IMG/VR virus record: IMGVR_UViG_3300038365_000082
Span: 1-48,561 of that record
Source of the DNA: a virus
Reading direction: 5' to 3' (one strand)
DNA length: 48,561 nt
Made by a program: the position numbers and the translations under genes. Position 1 is the first letter of the stretch. Each line of letters begins with the position of its first letter. This document shows, piece by piece, positions 27,485-34,783 of this stretch. The notes beneath the pieces are model-generated. The model had not been told where the DNA came from. It did no database searches and saw only the letters and a list, made by a program, of their open reading frames with translations.

Positions 27485-27871
27485 TCACCGGTACCGCCTC
27501 CTGAACGCCGCGGCGGGCGGGATATCCCGCGGTGTCGCGGGCGGGTCGAAGACCTCTAGATTGAGGTGGATCGCCCAATCGCGCTCAAGCCGCGCGCCCT
27601 TGCTCTGCTCCCATCCAGGTAGCAGCAGCACCGCTGCGCGCGCCCGTGGCAGGAGCCGGAGGATCGCGAGGTCGCCGTCGATCCAGTCCTCGTTCGGGAC
27701 CTCCGGGCAGTCGTTCTCAAAGTGCGCCGTGTTGAGGTGCGGCGTGAACGGGAACCACCCCGCCTTGACCGCCGCCACCGCATACTTCCGGGCGACCGCG
27801 ATGTTCTCCGCGACCGTCCGACCATTCCCGGCCGAGTAGGGGCCGCTGATGTAGAGGATCGGGCGGGTCAC
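27485..27871 (-). CDS. Second DUF4406/DUF1937-like protein
   Basis: LYISGPY...PHLN...W..GDL...LPGWEQSKGARLE. Confidence 0.8.
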   Translation of the reverse strand: MTRPILYISGPYSAGNGRTVAENIAVARKYAVAAVKAGWFPFTPHLNTAHFENDCPEVPNEDWIDGDLAILRLLPRARAAVLLLPGWEQSKGARLERDWAIHLNLEVFDPPATPRDIPPAAAFRRRYR

Positions 27872-28068
27872 GCGACCGCCTCCAGGACTTCATCGGGCGG
27901 CCACCAGATCGCCATGACTTGGAGCGAGAGACGGACCCCTCTCGCTCGCAGGAGATCCCCTCGCTGCAGCGCCGCACTGAGCTCCTGCTGCAGCGTCCGG
28001 AACCGGGCTCGAGCTTCCGGCGGGCAGATCCCCAGGCCCTTGGGGGCGGCGATGTCCCCGGGCATCAT
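27868..28068 (-). CDS. Hypothetical protein
   Basis: 66 aa, overlap-coupled in the operon. Confidence 0.55.
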   Translation of the reverse strand: MMPGDIAAPKGLGICPPEARARFRTLQQELSAALQRGDLLRARGVRLSLQVMAIWWPPDEVLEAVA

Positions 28069-28463
28069 ACCCCCTCCAGTGCAGTCTGTCGCGAGGTTGC
28101 GTCGCTCAACTGTTCCGCGTCGGTGACGATCTCGTATATCCCGACGGTAGAGTGCCGCTCCTGGCTGTTGATGACGTCGACGACATCCTCAGTAGGCATC
28201 ACGTGGATCCGGCCCCCCTCGCGGAACGTCAGCCCGCGACCTCTCCGGGTCCGCTGGATCTCGCTCGAGATCTGAACATCCAGAAACCTCCCGGCCGTCC
28301 CGGGATATCTGCGGCAGATGGGGGCGCTGCTGCGCTTGCGGTAGACGAACCGCCGCAAGAGGTCGAGTCGCACCGACAGCAGATCGTCGCCGATGCGCAT
28401 CAGGAGCACGTCGTCCGGGTCTCGTCCCGTGAGCCGGGCCTCGCCGGCGTGACGCAGCGTCAT
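28065..28463 (-). CDS. Hypothetical protein
   Basis: 132 aa, overlap-coupled. Confidence 0.65.
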   Translation of the reverse strand: MTLRHAGEARLTGRDPDDVLLMRIGDDLLSVRLDLLRRFVYRKRSSAPICRRYPGTAGRFLDVQISSEIQRTRRGRGLTFREGGRIHVMPTEDVVDVINSQERHSTVGIYEIVTDAEQLSDATSRQTALEGV

Positions 28464-28630
28464 CCGAGCACCTCCACATCAGAGGTCGACATCCAGACCA
28501 TGCTCCTCGTCCCGGTAATGTGGACGAGGTACTGCTCTGTCGCAGGGTAGTATCGGAGCACCTCTCCGATCTCTCCCGGCGCACCCGGCACCGAGACCCG
28601 CACCCGGGCCCCCTCCATGTTGTAGGTCAT
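28460..28630 (-). CDS. 56-aa SH3/KOW-like protein, not in ORF track
   Basis: MTYNMEGARVRVSVPGAPGEIGEVLRYYPATEQYLVHITGTRSMVWMSTSDVEVLG; ATGA overlaps at both ends. Confidence 0.7.
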   Translation of the reverse strand: MTYNMEGARVRVSVPGAPGEIGEVLRYYPATEQYLVHITGTRSMVWMSTSDVEVLG

Positions 28631-29538
28631 GGCGATCCCCTCCCGGCGCCGACCAGCACCAGCGACTCCGGCGGGAGCCAGATCCGATCGAGGGAGTTGT
28701 CCAGGGCGACGAGCATCTCCGGCGAGTCGGGGTCGTACTGCACCACCGTCCCTATCTGGCCTGCAAACTCCGGCAGGGATCTGATCTGGACTCGCGCCCC
28801 CGTCCAGGGGTAGGGGGGGGCGCCTGTGCTCCGGGGCTCGTCGTACTGGGTGACCGGGACGGTGTCGCCGGCGAAATCCGGGGCGGGAGTGGCCCCCCGC
28901 TGGGGCCTGATCTTTTGGTAGTATCGGCTCTTGATCGCTGCATCAGTGCGGACGGAGCCAGGGTACGCGGCCCGGTAGAGTGCGACAGCCTCCGTCGGAG
29001 TGGTGGCCCCGCACATAGCCCTCTCCTGCTCCGGGGTCCACCCCCGAGCATCCAGACGCATCTCACCCCCCCGGGGTGATGCCTCGTAGACTGGCTCCTC
29101 CTCCGGGACCGGTTCCGGGAACTCGGGTTCCGGCTCTACTACGTAGGTGTGGAGCCGCCCCGGGTCGGCGATCGCTGGCGTCTCCGTCTCGTAGACCGTA
29201 TCTTGGGCGGCCATATCTGCGTCCTGCTCCTCCTGCTCGGCCTCGCAGGCGTCCCGCATTCGGGCGACCTCGTGCATCGCGGAGCAGGCATCCTTGACCG
29301 GGCAGAGGATCGCAGGGTCGTCGAGGTGCGGGCACCCGTCCTTGCAGGGATAAGGGTAGGCGCAGAGCGGTGGATCCTCGCGATAGTCCGGCCCGTCGCC
29401 GTCCTCGGGGGCAGACCCATCCGGGTCGTAATGCACACACAGGCCGCTCGTCTGCGGCCGGATGATGGTCGGGTGCCGCTCGGTCGAGAGCCTGAACAGA
29501 GCCGCGACCTCGTCGACATCAGTGATGACGATGATCAT
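28627..29538 (-). CDS. Multidomain hypothetical protein (Cys cluster, acidic linker, C-terminal SH3/KOW-like domain)
   Basis: Long ORF; start ATG 29538 overlaps the upstream stop. Confidence 0.65.
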   Translation of the reverse strand: MIIVITDVDEVAALFRLSTERHPTIIRPQTSGLCVHYDPDGSAPEDGDGPDYREDPPLCAYPYPCKDGCPHLDDPAILCPVKDACSAMHEVARMRDACEAEQEEQDADMAAQDTVYETETPAIADPGRLHTYVVEPEPEFPEPVPEEEPVYEASPRGGEMRLDARGWTPEQERAMCGATTPTEAVALYRAAYPGSVRTDAAIKSRYYQKIRPQRGATPAPDFAGDTVPVTQYDEPRSTGAPPYPWTGARVQIRSLPEFAGQIGTVVQYDPDSPEMLVALDNSLDRIWLPPESLVLVGAGRGSP

Positions 29539-30004
29539 GCAGATCCCCCCGGAGAATCCATGCACTTTTTACAGAGCGTCTTGCTCATAAACAACTGCGA
29601 GAGTTTCGCCTGTGCCTTGGTCGTTTCCGCACCGCACCGCTCGCAGATCACGATATCGTACGGGTCAGAGGCCTCCGATTTGGGCGGTGCGGCGGGCGGC
29701 TTGATACACGTCCTGACCGCTGCCGCCGCCTGCTCTGCAGGAGTGGGCGCGGGCATCCGCTCGGGGAGCGGGGAGACCCGATCGAGGGTCACGGACGGAG
29801 AGGTCTTCGCGGGCTCCACGGGCGACGGGATCGAGGTCGGGGTCCCGACGTCCGGTATTTGAGGAGTTTGCGGCCGAATATCACGACCGCATCGTCGATA
29901 TCCCGCTCGGCCTCGACGTGCCCGGCAATGGAAAACGTGACGGTGCTCCCGTTTTCCAACGGAAGCGTCGCTCCGATGATGACCTCTTTCGGGGCGAAGG
30001 TCAT
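29535..30004 (-). pseudogene. Apparently frameshifted gene (N-terminus MTFAPKEV..., C-terminal Zn finger CERC...CKKC)
   Basis: The coupled start at 30004 and the coupled stop at 29535 are in different frames; the switch is near 29860-29885. Confidence 0.5.
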
Positions 30005-30672
30005 GCCTGCACCTCCTTTTGGGCGTTCCACCACTCGCCAAAGTGCTCGACGCACAGCACCCGGTCGGTGTGCGGCTTGGTCTTCTCGCGGATCTCCTCC
30101 GGCACCGGGACCCCGCAGACCTCGCAGCATATCGGGGTCGCCTGGGGCACCTCGCCGACGTAGCGCGGGGCGCGGTCGCCAGTGTCGATCTCTTCGGGAG
30201 AGTAGAGCCCGGAGATCGAGAACGCCCTACGGAGCGCGTGCGCCTCGGCGACCTTCTGAATCATCGTCCGGGGCTTGTCCCGCCAGAGGTTCTTGCCGGT
30301 GGAGTACTCGGAGGCATAGACTTCGACCTCGAACGGGTGGCTCATGTCCTTGCGGTGGACTCTGCACCATCCGATGAGTTCGTTATCCTCGATGCGCGAT
30401 CCCGACTGGATGCCGTCGAACTGCCCCGAGCGGTGCGCGATCGCGAGATATCCGTCGCGGCCGCAGAAGATTTGCGCGGGACTGTCGCCATACTTGACGA
30501 GCCATATCTGCCGCGCGAACGGGTCGAGCTGGTACTTCCGGGCGAGTTCGATCATCACGCCGAACTCGTTGTCATTCGCCCCTTTCGCGAACATGTCGCG
30601 GATGAGCCGGAGTTTCTCGCGGTCGTAGGTTGCCGGGGTCGCGGGAGCGGTGGTCGCAGGTAGGTCTGACAT
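30001..30672 (-). CDS. bet: Phage single-strand annealing recombinase, Bet/RecT family
   Basis: LDPFARQIW, GRDGY..IA.RSGQFDG, W...P.TMI.KVAE..ALRRAF..SGLY..EE. Confidence 0.92.
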   Translation of the reverse strand: MSDLPATTAPATPATYDREKLRLIRDMFAKGANDNEFGVMIELARKYQLDPFARQIWLVKYGDSPAQIFCGRDGYLAIAHRSGQFDGIQSGSRIEDNELIGWCRVHRKDMSHPFEVEVYASEYSTGKNLWRDKPRTMIQKVAEAHALRRAFSISGLYSPEEIDTGDRAPRYVGEVPQATPICCEVCGVPVPEEIREKTKPHTDRVLCVEHFGEWWNAQKEVQA

Positions 30673-31046
30673 CAGTCCACCTCCGGCGCATACGCGCTTG
30701 ATAGGTCGATCGGCGCAACGGATGTGAACCGGTCGCCAAGTGCATCCATCAGGATCAGGAGCGTCTTCCCGGGCTGCTCATCGCCGAAACGGACGAGCAC
30801 CACTTTCTCGGTGCCGATCCGCTCCGCGAGGGCACATGCCTCCTTGAGGCGGTCGAGTGAGTATCCCCCGATGATCTCTGGGGCGTCTGGCGAGAGCGTC
30901 CCGACTACGTGCCCGGCGCCGACGGTGTTGCCGGCATTGGTGACCACTGACACAAATTTGGCGTCGTCGATAACCCACGGCGCCCCACCACACCCGTGCA
31001 GATCGGCGGGGAGCAGGGCGTCGAGGTAACTAAAATCCTGCCGCAT
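30672..31046 (-). CDS. Hypothetical protein (weak sliding-clamp-like C-terminus)
   Basis: YSLDRLKEA...SVAPI pattern. Confidence 0.6.
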   Translation of the reverse strand: MRQDFSYLDALLPADLHGCGGAPWVIDDAKFVSVVTNAGNTVGAGHVVGTLSPDAPEIIGGYSLDRLKEACALAERIGTEKVVLVRFGDEQPGKTLLILMDALGDRFTSVAPIDLSSAYAPEVD

Positions 31047-31340
31047 CTACTCCACCTCCACAGGGAGTACCGCGATGCATCCCATCTGCCGGTCGCCGAA
31101 CCGTGTCTCTCTGTCAAGACCGATCAGGAGCAGGTGCGTTTTCCCGTCGCGCTCGATGCTGCCGATCTCCACATCATCGTAGCCGCATGTCCGGAGCGCC
31201 TCGGCCGCCCGGATGACAGTCTCGATCCGATACTCGCCGACGTGGTGCGTCTGGTCGCCGTCCTCGAACACGGCGACGTAGAACGCGCCTGCGGGAGTCT
31301 CGGAGTCTGCGAAGGTGCCGCAGGGGAGTGCGGGGATCAT
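31047..31340 (-). CDS. Hypothetical protein, probable paralogue of 30672..31046
   Basis: GEYRIETVIRAAE...LLLIG...IAVLPV pattern. Confidence 0.6.
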   Translation of the reverse strand: MIPALPCGTFADSETPAGAFYVAVFEDGDQTHHVGEYRIETVIRAAEALRTCGYDDVEIGSIERDGKTHLLLIGLDRETRFGDRQMGCIAVLPVEVE

Positions 31341-31525
31341 GGAGATTCCTCCATCTTCCGCTGCGCGAACGACCGCACCATGAACGCATTGTCGATCCGG
31401 CGCATGAAGTCCTCCGGGTTGGCAAAATCCCCGTAGACCTTCACCGCGCCACCCTTGCCGGGAGTGCCGATCTCGACGCTGTCCTTCTGCGCGTCGATGT
31501 GGCGGTGGATGATCTCCTCGGTCAT
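31337..31525 (-). CDS. Small hypothetical protein (62 aa)
   Basis: MTEEIIHRHIDAQKDSVEIGTPGKGGAVKVYGDF...; coupled start. Confidence 0.7.
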   Translation of the reverse strand: MTEEIIHRHIDAQKDSVEIGTPGKGGAVKVYGDFANPEDFMRRIDNAFMVRSFAQRKMEESP

Positions 31526-31860
31526 CAGCACCGCCCCCGATCGGCCTGCATCTCCTCGAGCACGCTCACCGGGAGGTCCTCGACGTGTCGGACCCGGTGG
31601 ACCCGGCACCGCTCGCTCAGGGCCGCGGCTCGCTCCTCGCGCAGGGCTTCGGCGCAGGCGGGGCAAACATCAATGCTCTGTGTCTCGGCGCCGCAGGAGC
31701 GGCAGAGCCGCACCCGCCCGTGCAGGAGATCGTCGTTCGCCGGCGCGTTTTCGAGCGTGCGAACAAATATATTCTCAGAGGACGATACTCTTCTGTCGCC
31801 CGCGCCCTCTTGGGGGTTAGCGCGTCCGGATTGCGGGGCGGCACTCAAAATCTCACTCAT
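31525..31860 (-). CDS. Zn-finger hypothetical protein
   Basis: CRSC...CPAC; AAGGAG upstream. Confidence 0.6.
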   Translation of the reverse strand: MSEILSAAPQSGRANPQEGAGDRRVSSSENIFVRTLENAPANDDLLHGRVRLCRSCGAETQSIDVCPACAEALREERAAALSERCRVHRVRHVEDLPVSVLEEMQADRGRC

Positions 31861-32005
31861 TTTCTCTCTCCTTGATTCTGATCAGACCCTCGGATTTCAG
31901 GTAATCGCCGATTTTCAGCGGGAATCCGAGGGTGCGTTCGTATTCCGATTCAACAGCCCTGATAGCCTCCGGGCTGACTTCAAGCGGTTCTGGCTGGCAA
32001 CTCAT
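31853..32005 (-). CDS. 50-aa hypothetical protein, not in ORF track
   Basis: MSCQPEPLEVSPEAIRAVESEYERTLGFPLKIGDYLKSEGLIRIKERENE fills the gap and overlaps both neighbours. Confidence 0.5.
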   Translation of the reverse strand: MSCQPEPLEVSPEAIRAVESEYERTLGFPLKIGDYLKSEGLIRIKERENE

Positions 32006-32156
32006 AGCCAATCTCCTTCGCGAGTACTCTCCGGACCATGTCCGTGCGGCTCTCGTAGTCCCGCAATTTCCATGCTCTGTCGAGCACCTTTACCATATCA
32101 GGAGGCAGATAGACGTTCACCATCTTGAGCCCTCCCGACTGATTTTCCTTGTTCAC
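31980..32156 (-). CDS. Ribbon-helix-helix (CopG/Arc-like) transcriptional regulator
   Basis: MVNVYLPPDMVKVLDRAWKLRDYESRTDMVRRVL; first gene of the leftward operon; start GTG 32156 or ATG 32123. Confidence 0.75.
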   Translation of the reverse strand: MNKENQSGGLKMVNVYLPPDMVKVLDRAWKLRDYESRTDMVRRVLAKEIGYELPARTA

Positions 32157-32256
32157 GTATTCACCATAATACAATATGACAGTAGCATATATAAGCATTG
32201 CTATTCTTAGTATTACGTGCATTATAGATATTAGTAATATTACGGTGTTTTATGGG

Positions 32257-32287
32257 GCCGCACCCCCGCGGGTGCGTGGATTGAAAT
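32257..32287 (+). CRISPR. Solitary CRISPR repeat unit, type I-C-like
   Basis: GCCGCACCCCCGCGGGTGCGTGGATTGAAAT: GCACCC/GGGTGC stem plus GTGGATTGAAA(T/C) tail as in I-C repeats; single copy in the window. Confidence 0.85.
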
Positions 32288-32307
32288 CATACTCTATTGA
32301 CTCAGGA

Positions 32308-32335
32308 CAATTCCCCGGCCTCCGGGGATGAACCG
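32308..32335 (+). CRISPR. Solitary CRISPR repeat unit, type I-E-like
   Basis: CAATTCCCCGGCCTCCGGGGATGAACCG: TTCCCC...GGGGATGAACCG as in I-E repeats; 7-bp stem TCCCCGG/CCGGGGA. Confidence 0.78.
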
Positions 32336-32353
32336 ACACCTATATATAGGTGT
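32336..32353. promoter_or_regulatory. Perfect 18-bp palindrome ACACCTATATATAGGTGT around a TATA tract (operator candidate)
   Basis: Self-complementary, directly after the I-E-like repeat and about 30 nt upstream of ORF 32383. Confidence 0.6.
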
Positions 32354-32382
32354 ATATCTAATAGATATATTGTAGGATGTGA

Positions 32383-32862
32383 ATGAGAATGGAGAGAAAC
32401 GAGAAGGGAGCGTATCTTCTGAACCCGGCCGAGGTCGCCGGGGAGCACGTCGCAATATACACTCGGTACAACGGCGGGTGGATCAAGTCTGTTGAGAGCC
32501 TCGACAAGAGCCAGACGAGCGGCTACTCCCTGGTCGGGAAGTTCCTAAAATCCGGCCTGCAGTGGATGGGGCCGGGCGTCTACCTGGACTGCAGCAAAGG
32601 GGGCAGCCGGAAAAATCAGAGGAATGTCTATACAGTATTCGCCCTCCGCGAGGACGGGACGGTGATCGCCCTCAACGACGACACGATCGTCGAGGAGGGG
32701 CGCGGCGGGGATTGGGCGGTCCGGCTCTGGCCGGTCGTCGAGCGCGCGTTCGCAGCGGTCGGGGGGAGCGACGAGCGTGCCGCCCTCCTGGCCAGGAAAG
32801 CAGAGATTGAGAACGAACTCGCGGAGATCGAGGAGAAACTCCGCGCGTTGGAGAGGTCATAG
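32383..32862 (+). CDS. Early hypothetical protein with C-terminal coiled coil
   Basis: 159 aa, first gene of the rightward operon. Confidence 0.75.
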   Translation: MRMERNEKGAYLLNPAEVAGEHVAIYTRYNGGWIKSVESLDKSQTSGYSLVGKFLKSGLQWMGPGVYLDCSKGGSRKNQRNVYTVFALREDGTVIALNDDTIVEEGRGGDWAVRLWPVVERAFAAVGGSDERAALLARKAEIENELAEIEEKLRALERS

Positions 32863-32876
32863 GAGAGGAACGAAAC

Positions 32877-33374
32877 ATGGCTCGATACGATGGAGATGAG
32901 CTCACCCCGCAGGTGAGAACTATAGACGGCGAAGTGTACAGGCAATTTCATCTGACCCTGCTGGCGCTTGACGTCGTGATGCCCCCCAAGAAAACCGAAA
33001 CAGCGTTTAAAAACGCAGGGATTAGATTCCGTGGGCAGAATGGCGCGTACTGGGTGCACATCCAGGATTGGTCGGCGGCCTTCGAGGCCATCGACCAGGC
33101 CATCGACCAAGCCCGTCGGGTAGTTCGGGAGCCAACCCCAGGGGAGAGCGATCTCGCCGAGTCTCTCCTCCGCTCAGGGGTATCCCCCCGGCAGATCGCC
33201 GACCTCCGACAGGCTGACGATCTCCGGTGCGCCCTCTGCGGTCGCGTCCTCGAGATCGTCGACGAGGACGAGGAAACGACCTGGATCGCCTGCCCCATCT
33301 GCAGCACCAGCTCGCCGGACGCGGAGGCGCACTCCTCCGCGCGGCTGGACCACCCGATAGACGCGGCGCTATAG
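32877..33374 (+). CDS. Early hypothetical protein with Zn ribbon
   Basis: CALCG...CPIC; AGGAGAGG upstream. Confidence 0.7.
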   Translation: MARYDGDELTPQVRTIDGEVYRQFHLTLLALDVVMPPKKTETAFKNAGIRFRGQNGAYWVHIQDWSAAFEAIDQAIDQARRVVREPTPGESDLAESLLRSGVSPRQIADLRQADDLRCALCGRVLEIVDEDEETTWIACPICSTSSPDAEAHSSARLDHPIDAAL

Positions 33375-33404
33375 GAGATGGTGGGACTGAGGGAGGGAAC
33401 TGAG

Positions 33405-33659
33405 ATGGCCACATCCACCGACAGCCCGGCCAAGGGCCAGGACATCTACGGGGGCGGGGATTGGTTCGTTGTCGGCCCGGAGTATCTCTGGTACATCCAA
33501 AACAACGGCATGGATGGAGATAACTGGGGCTACAACAATGTCCGGACCGGAGGGGCAGGAGCGATCGGCTACCGGGTCCCCGCATCATCCCCGATGACGG
33601 CGGAACTGCGCAGCCTGGTGAGCGAGATCGCCGCACTAATCGGAGGCGAGGGAGAATGA
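33405..33659 (+). CDS. Early small hypothetical protein
   Basis: DWFVVGPEYLWYIQNNGMDGDNW...RTGGAGAIGYRVP; GGGAGG upstream. Confidence 0.7.
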   Translation: MATSTDSPAKGQDIYGGGDWFVVGPEYLWYIQNNGMDGDNWGYNNVRTGGAGAIGYRVPASSPMTAELRSLVSEIAALIGGEGE

Positions 33660-34378
33660 CTACCTTCGCCCTCTCCCTCGACTACGACTGCCCCGTGGCG
33701 CTCTTGGAGCCCGACGGCGATGGACAGCCCCGCCGAATCTGCCTCGTCATCGACTGGGCGAGCGAGACCATCAGCGCCGAGACCCGGGCGCACGACGACA
33801 ACACCCGATCTGAATACCGTTGGCGCGGTATGGAGGATGCCTACCAACTCCCGCCGCTCGTGGACGCGACGCAGCTCCGCGAGTGGGTCAATGAGGAGGT
33901 GCTCCCGCGCGCCGCACCGCTCGCCGAGACGTATGAGACGGTCTGGGAGGACGTCGAGCAGTACGGCCGGTTCCCCGGCCACGAGCGGGAGAAGGAGGAT
34001 TTCGACGCCTGGATGGGGTCACACGAGCCGCCGCTCCACGACGGGGGCCTGTGGCGGGTCGAGGATTGGCTCTCTGGGGGAGTCAAGGAGATCGGCCCCG
34101 AGACCACGGATGCCGCGATCGAGTCGCTCGCCGACATGATCGTCGACGAGGCTGCGGCTGAAAACGTGGTGGTTGTCGCGGGGCGCGAGGCCGTCCGGGC
34201 CTACCTCCTCGACTATCGACAGGAGCTCCGCGACGCGATCCCGGAGCCGGACTGCTACCAGATCAGAGGATACGCTGTGCTGGAGGGCACCTCTAAAAAT
34301 TTCGGGGGCACGGCGCACGTCACAGTGCCGCGGAAATACTCCGGCAAGCGGGTCAAGATCGTGGTGCTGGAACCCTGA
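33656..34378 (+). CDS. Acidic hypothetical protein fused to a C-terminal DUF2080-like domain
   Basis: C-terminus FGGTAHVTVPRKYSGKRVKIVVLE matches the archaeal DUF2080 pattern. Confidence 0.75.
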   Translation: MTTFALSLDYDCPVALLEPDGDGQPRRICLVIDWASETISAETRAHDDNTRSEYRWRGMEDAYQLPPLVDATQLREWVNEEVLPRAAPLAETYETVWEDVEQYGRFPGHEREKEDFDAWMGSHEPPLHDGGLWRVEDWLSGGVKEIGPETTDAAIESLADMIVDEAAAENVVVVAGREAVRAYLLDYRQELRDAIPEPDCYQIRGYAVLEGTSKNFGGTAHVTVPRKYSGKRVKIVVLEP

Positions 34379-34402
34379 GACTTCCCGGCAAATTTGCCGG
34401 GA
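34326..34402. repeat. Direct repeat copy 2 (junction between virus A and virus B)
   Basis: Exact match to 1-77. Confidence 0.97.
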
Positions 34403-34405
34403 CGT

Positions 34406-34750
34406 TCAGAGGTTCGCCTTCCGGGCGTCGAACGTCCCGATCACGGTAAACGTCCCCTCGACGGCCCGCCGGGGCAACCATATCCCGTCGCCGTCCAGCC
34501 ACTCGAACGTGCCGTTCGGGTGCTCCATCACCACGAGGAGGTGATAGACGTCGACCTCCTGGTCGTATTTGTCGACCATCCAGTAGCCGAGATCCGCGTC
34601 GGCGGCGTAGGTCGGCTCCAGTAGGTCGCAGGGGTGATATTTGTTCTGCGGCAGGCTCACCAGGTAGGCGAGCGCCACAACGAGCAGCACGGCCCCGATC
34701 ACGGCGGCGATGCGCGCCGGGGTCCAGAAAGATGATTGAGCATCAGTCAT
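34406..34750 (-). CDS. Single-TM membrane-anchored protein (moron candidate)
   Basis: N-terminal hydrophobic helix; TATA-like tataaata on the minus strand at about 34772-34780. Confidence 0.7.
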   Translation of the reverse strand: MTDAQSSFWTPARIAAVIGAVLLVVALAYLVSLPQNKYHPCDLLEPTYAADADLGYWMVDKYDQEVDVYHLLVVMEHPNGTFEWLDGDGIWLPRRAVEGTFTVIGTFDARKANL

Positions 34751-34783
34751 GTGAGAGAATAGGGGGAGGGGGTATTTATAGGA

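Larger units (their letters stand above)
32160..32382. promoter_or_regulatory. Divergent AT-rich promoter region
   Basis: Several TATA-like tracts between the leftward RHH gene and rightward early genes. Confidence 0.75.

Noticed and set aside
32257-32335. Calling this a conventional CRISPR array
   Set aside because: Only two units, of different repeat families, with a sub-length insert and no cas genes; reported as solitary repeat units instead.
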